A stretch of DNA of 64,000 bases from Narcine bancroftii (lineage: Eukaryota). Location of the stretch: contig NC_091471.1 of assembly GCF_036971445.1 (NCBI RefSeq), positions 194,618,001 to 194,682,000 on the forward strand. Reading direction: 5' to 3'. Below, in pieces: positions 23,336-35,726 of the stretch. How positions within the stretch are numbered: position 1 is the first letter of the stretch; every line of letters begins with the position of its first letter. The translations under genes were made by a program, and so were the position numbers. The notes beneath the pieces are model-generated. The model did no database searches. It was not told the origin of the DNA and worked only from the letters and a program-made list of their open reading frames with translations.

Positions 23336-26300
23336 ATTCCAGTTGTCACGCTGAAGATTTGTGCTCCATAACCAGCTCTAGCTCAAAGTAGAGTGTGACG
23401 TTTGCGTGTAAATACCAGCCTCTACCTGGTAATATGGGAAATTATCCAGATACATTCAAACACATGATTTCTGAATTGCTACTTCACTTAGTCCATTCTC
23501 AATCATTGGGCAGTGACTGGTATTTATTACCATTTATTTTAATTTCCATTGCCCTCCTTTGGGTTTCACTGGGACCACTGAGCTGGGATAAGGAGATGAC
23601 TTTCATAAGCAAAGTGATGGTCAATATTCTTGACATTATCAAAGCCGAATCTAGTATTGAGCAGTCAGGGTATTAGGCATCAGGAGGATAACTTTTTTCA
23701 ATGGCTAGAGTCCTATCAAGTGCAGGAACATTGTGATTGTTACAGATCAATCATGGTACATCACTGCAGAAATTGCTCTGTGCTGCTTTAAACGCCATCT
23801 TCTCATGTGACCACTAGACATGGAGAGGGGAGGGGAAAAATCCAGGGATATGCGGATGGAAGAGGTTGGACCAGAGAGGGATGGAGATGAGAAAGGGTTG
23901 TCCCATCTGTCCTTTTCAAACAGCTCTTTCCCAACATCCCTGATGACACCACTATTGTCACAATATTGGATTTCAATACTGATGCCCTTTGCCTCCACCT
24001 CACCCTACTCTACTCTGTACGACTCATCTTCCACCTGCCTTTCCCTCTTGCATCTCTCATTTTGTCTGGCACCTACCAATCAACTGCTTCTGTCACTGGT
24101 TCATCACTGATCCCTCACTAACCTATATCCAACCCCTCACACCCTGACCACATAATACTGAGTAACTCCACTCTGTTTTGAAGGGTTCTTAATCAAAACC
24201 GTTGACCATTCTTTTCCTCCCACTGATTTTGCTTGGCCTGCTGAGTTCTTGCAGCAGATTGATTCCAAGAGGGGACATCTAATGGACTGACATTACTAAG
24301 GCTCCACCTAGGAATCACCATTGACCAGAAACTCAACTTAATTGACCAGCAACTATGGTGAACGTCTTGTTCTAAAACCCCAAAATCTCTCCACTAGCTA
24401 CAAGACAAGTTGGAACTGTGATTGAATATGCCTGGATGAGTACAAATCTGATACTTGGCAAATTACACACTATCCAAAACAGCCCACTTGTTTAGGTCAG
24501 TGATGGGGTACTAAACATACATTTTCTCCACCATTGTGCATACAGTGTATAGCGTGTACAGAAAGCACAATAGTTATTGCCCATCACCTCCCACACGTGC
24601 ATGAAAGTGTTGACTGGGGTGGACAGAGCAGTTTTAAAAAAGCATTTGACATTTCTTATCTTCATTGGGCAGGGTATTATGTTGGAATCTCATGACGCAT
24701 TGGTGAAACCACATTTGGAGTACTCTGGGCTATGCAGTTCTCTCCGCCGAGCTATGATGATAATGAGTTTATTGTCACATACATTGTATAATTTACATTT
24801 GCACCAAAAATCTTGTTGCAGCTGAATGAGTGTTTAGTAAAAAAAAATTATAGAATCAACTTCAAAAATGACAGCATGTAGTGTACACACTATGATAAGA
24901 GTGGAAGGAAGATACACGAGGAGTCGAAATTGAAAACTGCTTTATTCCACTGGCAGCTCTGCTTATATGGGCCCCCAGCGCTTATGTCAGGGCCCCGCGT
25001 CATTGGACCATTGGTCTCGGGTTGCTCGGCGTTCCTGCCGGAGTTCCCCATTTTCCCGCTGTGTGGAGATCACTTGGGATGACAGCCAGTGTCACCCCTA
25101 GGTCCACGCGGTTGCCACGTTCGTCGCCCATTTTGCAGGTTGGTTCGCATCTCGTGCTGGCTGCTACACAACCCGCCCCAGAACCAGTGACTGGGCCATT
25201 GTCCTTAGCCTTCGTTGGCCTGCCCCTGTGTTGCAGGGGTGGAGTGGAGACCAGCTCATCACAGTCCAAATATGCCGGTTTCAGGCAGTTGACGGTAAAG
25301 GTTTCTTCCTTACCACCGATGACAATGTTGAAAGTGAAACCATTATCTCTAATGACCTTGTAGGGTCCCTCATAGGATCATTGTAATGGTGGTCTGTGTA
25401 TACCTCTCCTCACCAACTTATACCGGCAAGTCCGTAGGTCATTCGGAAATATATGGTTGGGTTGGCCTTGCAGGGTGGGGGTTGCCGTGGGACCAAGGAC
25501 ACCAGCTTCCATTGCAGGCTCTGGAGGTTCGCTGCAGGGTCTTCTGGGTGTTTACCACGGGCCAGGAACTCCCCAGAAATTATTAAAGGCTTGCTGCAGG
25601 ACCCAAGGCAATTCATCCAAGGCAGTTTGGACCCTTGAGTCAGGCCATCAAGGCTGCCTTGAGGTGCCTGTGGAAGTGCTCCGCCTGCCCATTGGCCTCC
25701 GGGTGATATACCATGGTATGGTGGAGGTGCGTCCCCAGGAAGTTAGCCTGCGCCACCCAAAGCCCAGAGGTGAATTATGCCCTCCTGTTCAAGATGAGGT
25801 GCTCTGGGACCCTGAGTCAGGATAACCATGTGTCAACAAGTACCCTGGTGTGGGCTTCTATGGTGGTATCAGCCAGTGGGACTGCCTCCGTGGAGCAGTC
25901 TACCATGGTTGAGGTATCTCGCCCCACAGGAAACCATTAACGACCTCACTAAGTCAATGTGTCGTGGCTGAACCTGCATTGCCCCGGCTGAAAAGTCTGT
26001 GTGGGTGCTCTGGTGTGAACCTGCACTTTGGAGGACTGACAGTTTGTGCAGGTCTTGGTCCACTGGCTGACCTGTTTACGGAGGCCATTGCCAGACAAAC
26101 TTGTTGGCCACCATTTTGACAGTGGCATGGATGGTAGGGTGCACTAGTTTGTGGATCGCCTCAAAAACCTGGCATCTCCATGCAGTGGGGATGACGGGGC
26201 GGGGGCTGCTGGTAGAAATGTCATAGCAGTGTCAGGTTACCTGGGCTGATAGTGATGTCCTCCATCCTGAGACTGGAGACAGTTGTCCTGTAATCTTAGG

Positions 26301-26528
26301 GTTTTGTTGCTGTGCTTTAGCGAGGGCCATGTAATCGACCCCTTGGGGCAGGGCGTGTATCGACTTGATCATGGGGCGTGACAGAGCATCAGCCACCATG
26401 TTGTTTTTACCCACAATATGTTGGATGTCCATGGTAAATTCTGACACTTAGGACAAGCATCTGTGCTGTTGGGCCGACCATGGTTCTGATGCATTATAGA
26501 AAGCAAATGTCAATGGCTTGTGGTCACT

Positions 26529-26666
26529 GAAGTACTCATCTGTGAGCAAGAGATAGCTGCTCCAGGAAGACCTGCTCAAAGAGCAGGCAAGGCTTGTGGC
26601 CCTTGGTTTATGCAAGCATCTCACTCATTAGGGAAGTTGGGGCCCTGTCCCCAGTCCATCCATATT
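26529..26666. repeat. Perfect 138-bp copy of 28384-28521
   Basis: gaagtactcatc...ccatccatatt is identical at both positions. Confidence 0.95.
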
Positions 26667-27287
26667 ACCAGCCTTCCAAAACGTAATGGAAATGGCTTAC
26701 CACCAGGTACAGAGCCAACAGCCCCCAGTTGAAAGCGGTCTATTTGAGTTCTGGGGGACGGAGGTGCCTGCTGAAAAAGGCCATGATTGCCACTGGCCCT
26801 CGATGAGTTGTTCTAGTATGCCCCCTACTTCTGTACTGGAGGCAGAGCAGTAGGTGCCTCCAGAATGGGGTGTACCAGGAGGGTGGCATTGGCTAGCACC
26901 TCTTTGGCACTCTGGAACACCCTGGAGGATTCCTCATACCAAGCAATGTCTTTTGCCTTACTGGTTATCAAATGATGATGTGTGCTGCTACCGGTATGAA
27001 CCTGTGGTAAAAGTTTATCATACTGGTGAATTCCTGTAGTCCTTTCCCTGTGTATGGCTTAGTGAAGTGCCGGAACACCTCAACCTTCTCGGGGAAGGTT
27101 GTGCCCCAGGAAGTCGATGATGTCCAGTCCGAACTAGTTCTGAGCGGGGTTGATTGTCAGCCCAAACTCGCTCAGCCAAGTATGCATTCAGATGGGCGGC
27201 ATGGTCATTGGGGCTGGCAATGAGGAGATCGTCCAAAGAGATGAATACAGATGGGAGGTTCCGCCCCTCTGCGTCTATCAGTCGCTG

Positions 27288-27342
27288 GAATGTTTGTGCC
27301 CATTCTTCTGACTGCAGAATGTTTGTGCCCATTCTTCTGACT
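27288..27342. repeat. 26-bp tandem duplication inside the Gypsy RT region
   Basis: gaatgtttgtgcccattcttctgact twice, separated by gca. Confidence 0.9.
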
Positions 27343-29494
27343 TCTGAACAAACCATAGGGGGTTATGATTACAGTCTTGTGGACGTCCTGTGAGAGAACT
27401 GGGATTTGGTGGTACCCCCAGATGAGGTCCACCTTGGAGAACACCCGTGGCCCTTGCAGGTTGGCAGAAAAGTCTTGGATGTGAGGCACAGGTGGTAGTA
27501 GTCCCTGCATGGTCTCCAACACCTTGCTGATTTGGGCACCATGTGAAGGGGAGAGATCTAGAGGCTGTCAGAGCATTGCTCAATCCCCCAAGCTCCTCCA
27601 TCTTTCTGAACTCTTTTGCCAGACTGAGTTTCTCAGACGGGAGTTGGCATTCCCTGATGTCGATAGGGTGTCAGTATGCAGTGCCTTACCCATGCTTTGA
27701 CTCGGTTGTGGAGAACCATGACGCCACTTTTGAGGGGAACTCTGACAGGATGCGGGCGAATTCACTGTCTGAGAGTGTTATAGAGTCCAAATGGGGGTGA
27801 GGTAGTTTGGCTTCCCCCCCCCCCCCCCCCAACTACCCCACAAGGAAGAGTCTGAAAGGGTCTGACGTGCACCAAGCGCTGTCCTTTGAGGTCAACCAGC
27901 AAGCAGTGGGCCTGAAGTAAATCAGCCTCCAGGAGTGGCTGTGCACTGCTGCGAGATGTAAAGCAACTGTTGCCAAAACTAAGGGGAATGGTGTGAGTCT
28001 CAAAAGTTCGAATTCAGTAGCTGTTAGCTGCCCTCAGTGTTGGGCCCTGTTTGCTGTAGCAAGTGTCGAGGCCTGAAGGGTACACTTACCTCAGAGCCTG
28101 TGTCAACCAGGAAAAGCCTGCCCAACAGGGAGTCCCAGATGTGGAGGGGGCTATCATGTGGGCTAACCGCTACAGCCACTAACGACGGTTGGCCAGGTTG
28201 CCTCCACATCCCATTGCTGATGGTAGTAGCATAGCTGCCCCAGGGTGTTCACTTGCCTCTCTGCTGGCCTTGATTTTGCCAGGGTTGTTCATGGGGCTTG
28301 TTGATGTGGTCTACAACAGAACTGACATCCTACTTTGCTCTCCAGAGCATGTCCACCCATGCGGTGACCCTCTGAGGGTCGCAGAAGTACTCATCTGTGA
28401 GCAAGAGATAGCTGCTCCAGGAAGACCTGCTCAAAGAGCAGGCAAGGCTTGTGGCCCTTGGTTTATGCAAGCATCTCACTCATTAGGGAAGTTGGGGCCC
28501 TGTCCCCAGTCCATCCATATTGCAGCAATTGGTTGGCAGGCTCGCACCAGGAAAGCCCAAAAGTGTGGGTTAACAGCTCTTTGAGGGCCACATATTTGCC
28601 TTGCTCCGAAGGCTGCCGTAGGAAATCTATGACCCTTACTGCTGTGTCCTGATCGAGGGTGCTCACGACGTAGAAGTAGCAGGTGTTGTTGACGGTGATG
28701 TGGCAAAGCTGCAACTGGGCCCCAGCCTGCTCAAACTACACGTGCGGCTGTGACACTCAGAACGTTGGGATCCTAAGGGAGACTGCGTGGATGGTCGCAG
28801 GCTCCACTTGATCCATCGTCTTTTGATCCAACTGCCGGTTGGACCTGTCGGGTTCACTAGTGTCGCGTATGTACTATGATGAGTGCGGAAGGAATACACA
28901 CATTCGAGGAATCAAAATCGAGGACTGCTTTATTGCACTGGCAGCTCTGTATATATGGGCCACTGGCACTGATGTTTCCACCAGAGTTCCCCATCTTCCT
29001 GCCATGTGGATGTCACCTGGGACAACGGCCTGTGTCACCCCCCACAGGTCTGCGCAGTCGCCGCATTCATCAGTCATTCTGCGAGTGTATTCGACACTGA
29101 GTTTATGCAGTGGCAGCTCTGCCTTTTATAGTCAGCTTGGCTGCGTCACTACTGGGGCATGACTTGAGCAGGCCGGCTTCCGATTGGTTACCTCAGATGT
29201 CTGCGATTCACCGGCAGTGATTGGCCAGTTTCACCACTTTACCGGTGACCAATGGAAATGGACGTTTCAGCCCTCATAATGCTATGCCGTCGCCACGTTC
29301 GACAGCCATTTCCTGTGTCGGCCTGAGGCACCGGCCGCTACAACAGAATATAACGCTGTACTGCATTTCTAGCTTTTAAGTGCTATTTTGTTGAAAGCTT
29401 TGAGAAATGTTATTTTGCATTTATCTAATTTTGCACTTCTTAAGATGTTATAAAGTTTTCAAGGAAAATTTAACAATAATTTTTACCCCCCCAG

Positions 29495-29543
29495 ATCGAA
29501 GTACTTTAGAACAAGTTCTGTTGGACAGCACTTTACGATAGAG
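29495..29543 (+). CDS. AP1AR: AP1AR/gadkin-family gene, internal coding exon (49 nt), encodes SKYFRTSSVGQHFTIE
   Basis: Acceptor ccccccag and donor gtatgt. The translation resembles the gadkin N-terminal segment as I recall it (human SKYFRTCSRGEHLTIE) and ends in phase 0, joining the next exon in frame. Confidence 0.88.
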
Positions 29544-30125
29544 GTATGTTAAATGCTGCTAAATACTTATTATCTGAATTGTATATCATTCATTTTGAGT
29601 AACGTACAACAGATGGAATAAATTCCCTTGATCTTTTGTGCTATTTTTTTCTTTCCGTTAGCATTACGAAAGAAGAGATTATTGTTATATTGCTAAATCT
29701 TTAAATGACATGCAATACTCAATGGTGTGATGAATGTCTATACCTTATGGTTTGCTCTATCTTTCTTAAAACAATATGTCCCTTGGATGAATGGTTTTGG
29801 AAAATATCCAATTTCTGAATCAAAGCTTTTTGTAATGTTTCAACATTATAGTTTCCCACTCCCTCACCATAAAAAAAAAATTCCATTTGTTAGAGCAAAT
29901 GTTAACGAATTACTAGTAGAGAATTGTGCAAAATGTAATTTCTTGATTTTAATCAAGCAAGGTTTTTGACTTATTGGTACAATTGTTGTATTGTATTCTA
30001 ATTTTTCTAGTTTATATTTAGATTTAAAACCTTCAAGTACAGTACATTTCTTGTGGCTTCTGAGGATTTATTCCATTTTGCAATTAAAGCTTTCTTTGGT
30101 TGTCAGAGATGCTCTCTGAAATCAT

Positions 30126-31932
30126 TATGTCAAGAGGAAAAGATTGGTGAAATCCAGAGTAGGTCCTTTGCAGTCAGAATCAGGGGAAATATATAATGGG
30201 GAATAAGGAAATGGCAGACCAATTAAATTCTTACTTTAGTTCTGTTTTTACAAGAGAGGATACAAATAACCTCCCAAGGATGTTGGGAAACATAGAGACT
30301 AATGCAAGGGAGGAATTGAAAGAAATCAGTATCTCTAAGGACATGGTCTTGGGGAAATTGATGAGATTGAAGGCAGATAAATCCCAAGAGCCTGAAGTGG
30401 CCATTCAGATAGCAGATGCTTTAAGAATTATTTTCCAGAACTCGATAGACTCAGGATCAGTACCCATGGATTGGAGGGTAGCTAATGTTACCCCACTATT
30501 TAAAAAGGTGGGTGGAGAAAAAGCGGGGAATTATAGGCCGGTGAGCCTTACATCAGTAGTGGGCAAAATGATGGAATCCATTATTAAGGATGTAATAGCG
30601 GAGCATATGACTAGCAGAGAAGGGATCAGACAGAGTCAACATGGATTTACAAAAGGTAAATCGTGCTTGACGAATCTATTGGAATTCTTTGAGATGGTGA
30701 CAGGTAAAATAGATGGGGGAGAGCCAGTGGATGTGGTGTACCTGGACTTCCAAAAGGCCTTTGATAAGGTCCCGCATAAACGACTGGCTTACAAAATCAA
30801 GGCTCATGGGATTGGGGGCAAAGTATTGATGTGGATTGAGAACTGGCTGGCAGGTAGAAGACAGAGTTGGGATAAATGGCTCGTTTTCTGAGTGGCAGGC
30901 GGTGACCAGTGGGGTGCCACAGGGATCTGTACTGGGACCCCAGCTGTTCACAATTTATATTAATGATCCGGATGAGGGGATTGGATGTAATATCTCCAAA
31001 TTTGCAGATGACACTAAGCAAGGAGGGGTTGTGTGCACGGAAGAGGGGATCAGGAAGCTCCAGTGAGATTTGGATAAATTGAGGGTCTGGGCAGATACAT
31101 GGCAAATGCACTACAATGTAGATAAATGTGAGGTTATCCACTTTGGTAATACAAACTGGAGGGCAGATTACTATTTGAATGGCAATAGATTAAGAGATGG
31201 GGAAGTGCAAAGAGACCTAGGGGTATTTGTACACCAGTCTCTGAAGGCGAGCATGCAGGTACAGCAGGCGGTTAAAAAGTCAAATGATATGTTGGCCTTC
31301 ATATCAAGAGGGTTTGAGTATAGGAACAAGGATACCTTACTGCAGCTGTACAGGGCCTTGGTGAGACCCCACCTGGAGTATTGTGTGCAGTTTTGGTCAC
31401 CTTATCTAAGGAAGGATGTTCTTGCAATGGAGGGAGTGCAGAGGCGATTCACCAGGCTGATACCTGGAATGGCAGGAATGACTTATGAGGAAAGATTGCG
31501 CAAATTGGGATTGTACTCGTTGGAGTTTAGAAGATTGAGAGGGGATCTCATAGAGACATATAAAATTCTGGCAGGACTGGACAGAATGGATACAGATGGG
31601 ATGTTTCCAATGATGGGAAAATCCAGAACCCGGGGCCATGGTTTGAGGATAATAGGCAAACCATTTAGGACCGAGATGAGGAGGAATTTCTATACCCAGA
31701 GGGTGGTGAATCTGTGGAATTCATTGCCACAGAGGGCAGTAGAGGCAGGTTCATTAAATATATTTAAGAGGGAATTAGATATATTTCTTCAGTATAAGGG
31801 TATTAAAGGTTACGGAGAGAAGGCGGGGACGGGGTACTGAACTTTAAGATCAGCCATGATCTCGTTGAATGGCGGAGCAGGCTCGAAGGGTCGAATGACC
31901 TACTCCTGCTCCTATCTTCTATGTCTATGTCT
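30126..31932 (+). mobile_element. CR1 LINE, 5'-truncated and relatively well preserved
   Basis: RT motifs NYRPVSLTSVVGK, YLDFQKAFDKVPH, GVPQGSVLGP, KFADDTK and LYRALVRPHLEYCVQFWSP. CR1-type 3' UTR with a (tatgtc)n tail. Confidence 0.95.
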
Positions 31933-31984
31933 GTTGCTCTCAGGCAAAGCAAAATGTTTGCCTGATATATCACACAACAAAGTA

Positions 31985-32105
31985 ATATAACCATATAACC
32001 ATATAACAATTTACAGAGCGGAAACAGGCCATGTTGGCCTTTCGAGTCCGCACCGGTTCACTGATTTTGTGCACCCTCTTCAGGCATTGGTCCCGGTAGA
32101 TCTTT
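31985..32105 (-). mobile_element. CR1-type 3' tail fragment
   Basis: (ataaccat)n tail followed by gagcggaaacaggccatgttggcctttcgagtccgcaccg. Confidence 0.6.
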
Positions 32106-32258
32106 ATTAAAGCCCCTTGCTTCACAAAATGCTCCTCTTCTGTAACGGGCATGGAAAGAGAGAATGGCCATGGCCTGTGGACACAAAGTGTGAACATTGC
32201 ACTATTTGCTCTAAACTTGCTGAATGATTTATAGTAGTTATAGCAAGATCTGCAACCT

Positions 32259-32259
<1 letters not shown>

Positions 32260-32305
<46 letters not shown>
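32260..32305. repeat. (GA)n microsatellite
   Basis: Pure GA run. Confidence 0.95.
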
Positions 32306-32312
<7 letters not shown>

Positions 32313-32659
32313 AGTGAGTGATTAACACCCTGGGTTCAGACTGCTTGCTGACTCGTCAACTATGGCAAGTCTTGCAGATTTGTCTAGTTCATATCACGTC
32401 AACCAGTCTGCCAAATAAGGCTGCTTCTTGTTGTACCAACCGACATAATCATTTTGATATTGCCACAGCGCCCAAGAGACTTTTAATGAAAATAGTGGAC
32501 CAGCATGCTAGTTGATGACAAAGATTCCAAATCATAAGTAGGATTATGATTGATAAAATTACTGTCTTCATGCCATAGGATTAGCACATGCAACCCCTGG
32601 CCAAGTGGTTCCAGCAATTGATGGTGCAATAGCTGCTCAACTCCCTGCATTGCTGACAC

Positions 32660-33328
32660 AGTTGCTAGATTTAATGCAACTCACTGGTCAAAACCATTTC
32701 AGGGCCACTGTGATGTCCTCCCTCTTCTGAAAACGTGGCTTCCCCTCTACTGCCACCACTTAGCCCTAACCTACATCCCACACATCTGACTGAACCTGCC
32801 CCTTCTTTCCTCCAGCCCCCACCTGCCACAGACGCAGCAAGAACAGGGTTGTTCTCATCCTCCCTTAGCATCTCAGCAGCCTCCATATCTAATATATAAT
32901 TTGCTGCAATATCTGCCACTTGCAACAGGAAATATCACCAGGTATATCTTCCCCTGTCCTCCACTTGCTGTGGGGATCGCTTCCTCTGAGACTCCCTTAT
33001 CTACTCATCCCTGCCAACCAATCACCCCCTTGGTACCTACTCCTGTGGCTGAAGGAAGTGCTTCATTTTCACTAATACCTCCTCTCTCACCATCATTCAA
33101 GGCCCCAAACAGTCCTTCCAAATGAAACAACACTACATGTGAATCCATAGGGGTCACTCACTGCATCCAGCACTTCTGGTGAGAAAACTGGATGGGAGAA
33201 TGCTTCAATGAGCAGCTTTGCTCTGTCCACTGCAATGACCTTCCAGTGATTAATCACTCCAGTTACATACCCTATTGCCACACTGTGTGTCTGTCTATGG
33301 CATTGTATACTGCCTGGTTGAGGTCACT
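32660..33328 (+). mobile_element. Penelope-like element, decayed C-terminal ORF region
   Basis: Similar to the reverse complement of 62540-63015, including the region around acatgtgaatccataggggtc at the GIY-YIG start. Confidence 0.65.
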
Positions 33329-33476
33329 CATAGAACCATGGAAATAGGCCTTTCAGCCCTTCTATTTTGCTGCCTAGTCCCACTGACCTGCACCATCCAT
33401 AGCCTTACATACCTCTTCCATCCAAATTCTTCTTAAATGTTATAATTGAGCCCGCAATCATCACTTCAGCTGGCAG

Positions 33477-34043
33477 AAGTAAAAGGTAGAGATGCATAAC
33501 TGGTGTTTCAACATACTGGTGAGCATCAGGATAAAAGAGTGAGAGGGGAAAGGGGCTGGCAGGGCAAAAGATGAAGGGCTCATGCCCAAAACATCAGTTA
33601 TGTATCTCTTTGCTACATAAAGGATGCTGTTTGACCTGCTGAGTCTCTCCAGCATGGTGTGTTTTACTTTAGCCACGGTGTCCACCTAATTCTGTTTTTT
33701 TACTTCTGACTATTACATCAGCTCTGTGAAAGCTCTTTGAGGGATGCCTGCCCTGAAGAAGTTTGCCTTTGCTCTCCAAAGGGAATTCTGTGGGATTCTC
33801 TCTTGCTGCTCCCATCTGCTGCTCTTCAGCTCTATAACCACGTACTCCTGCCCTGCCACCCTCCTTTCGCCCTGCCACCCTCCTTTCCCCCTCCCACTCT
33901 TATTCTAATGCTCACCGTCATTTTCTCATACTTTGAAGGCTCAAGCCCGAAATATCATTTATGTATCTCTGCCTTTGCTACATAAAGGACACTATTTGAC
34001 CAGCTGAGTCTCTCCAGCATTGTGTGTTCTTATTTTTTTTTAC
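33477..34043 (+). mobile_element. Non-autonomous Penelope-like mini element (inverted piece plus tandem pLTRs)
   Basis: Two direct copies of tgaagg(g)ctca.gccc.aaa...tatgtatctc...tttgctacataaagga...gctgagtctctccagcat, plus an inverted copy at the left end. Flanked by tcacttcagctg(g/a)cag at 33461-33476 and 34044-34059. Confidence 0.7.
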
Positions 34044-35059
34044 TCACTTCAGCTGACAGTTCATTCCATGCTCCCACCACTCGGTGTGAAGAAGTTTCCC
34101 CGAATGTTCTCCTAAACCTTTCCCCTTTCATCCTTAACCAATGTCCTTTGGTTTGTATCTACCTACCCTCAGTGGAAAAAGCCGACCTATCTTTACTCAG
34201 TCTATACCACTCATAATTTTAAAGACCTCCATCAAATCTCCCCTCATTCTTCTATGCTCCAGAGGCAAAAGTCCTAACCTGTTTAACCTTTCTCTGTAAC
34301 TCCGTTCCTGAAGTCCGGTCAACATCCAAATAAATCTTCTCTGCACTCTTTCTATCTTTATTGATATCTTTCCTGTAGTTAAGTGACCAAAACTGCACAC
34401 AATACTCCAAATTTGGCTTCATCAATGTGTTCTACAACTTTACCATAACATCTCAAGTCCTGTGCTTAATACTTTGATTTATGAAGGCAAATATGCCGAA
34501 CCTCTCTTTACAACCCTATCCACTTTCTACCTATGATACCACTTTCAAGAATTATGTATTGTATTGCCAGATCCCTCTGTTCTACCACACTCCTTAGTGC
34601 CCTACCATTTACCATGTATGTCCTTTCTTGGTTTATCCTTCCAAAAGGCAACACCTTGCACTTACCTGCATTAAATTCCATCTGCTATTTTTCAACCCAT
34701 TTTTCCACCTGGTCCAGATCCCTCTGCAAGCTTGAAAACCTTCCACCTTTTATCTTTGTGTCATCTACAAACCTGCTGATTCAATTTACCATATTATCAT
34801 GCAGACCATTGATATAGATGACAAGCAACAATAGTCTCAGCACCAATTCCTGAGGCAAACCACTAATAGGCCTCTAGTCTGAGAAGCAATCATCCACCAC
34901 CACTCTTTGGCTTCTCCCATATAACCAATGTCGAACCTCACCATGAATATCAAGCCCCTAAATCTTACTGACTAATCTCCTATGTGGGACCTTGTCAAAG
35001 GCTTTACTAAAATCTATGTAGACAAAATCCACAGCCTTTCCTTGAGCCACTTTCCTGGT

Positions 35060-35726
35060 CTTTGGCTTGGCTTCGTGGACGAAGATTTATGGAGGGGGTA
35101 AAAAGTCCACGTCAGCTGCAGGCTCGTTTGTGGCTGACAAGTCCGATGCGGGACAGGCAGACATGATTGCAGCGGTTGCAAGGGAAAATTGGTTGGTTGG
35201 TGTTGGGTTTTTCCTCCTTTGCCTTTTGTCAGTGAGGTGGGCTCTGCGGTCTTCTTCAAAGGAGGTTGCTGCCCGCCAAACTGTGAGGCGCCAAGATGCA
35301 CGGTTTGAGGCGTTATCAGCCCACTGGCGGTGGTCAATGTGGCAGGCACCAAGAGATTTCTTTAGGCAGTCCTTGTACCTTTTCTTTGGTGCACCTCTGT
35401 CACGGTGGCCAGTGGAGAGCTCGCCATATAACACGATCTTGGGAAGGCGATGGTCCTCCATTCTGGAGACGTGACCCATCCAGCGCAGCTGGATCTTCAG
35501 CAGCGTGGACTCGATGCTGTCGACCTCTGCCATCTCGAGTACTTCAACGTTAGGGGTGTAAGCGCTCCAATGGATGTTGAGGATGGAGCGGAGACAACGC
35601 TGGTGGAAGCGTTCTAGGAGCCGTAGGTGGTGCCGGTAGAGGACCCATGATTCGGAGCCGAACAGGAGTGTGGGTATGACAACGTCTCTGTATACGCTTA
35701 TCTTTGTGAGGTTTTTCAGTTGGTTG
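35060..35726 (-). mobile_element. RTE-clade LINE, 5'-truncated, inserted in CR1
   Basis: Same family as 2321-3085. 9-bp TSD tttcctggt at 35051-35059 and 35727-35735. Confidence 0.93.

Larger units (their letters stand above)
24877..29342 (-). mobile_element. Decayed Gypsy provirus with two dissimilar LTRs
   Basis: 3' LTR at 24877-25168 next to a PPT (ggggcgggttg on the minus strand). 5' LTR at 28861-29342 next to a degenerate tRNA-Trp-type PBS (tagtgaacccgac). Gag, protease (LFLVDTGSEVS), RT (PVPHIQDFSANL, FSKVDLIWGYHQIPV, FISLDDLLIAS), RNase H and integrase remnants. Confidence 0.9.
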
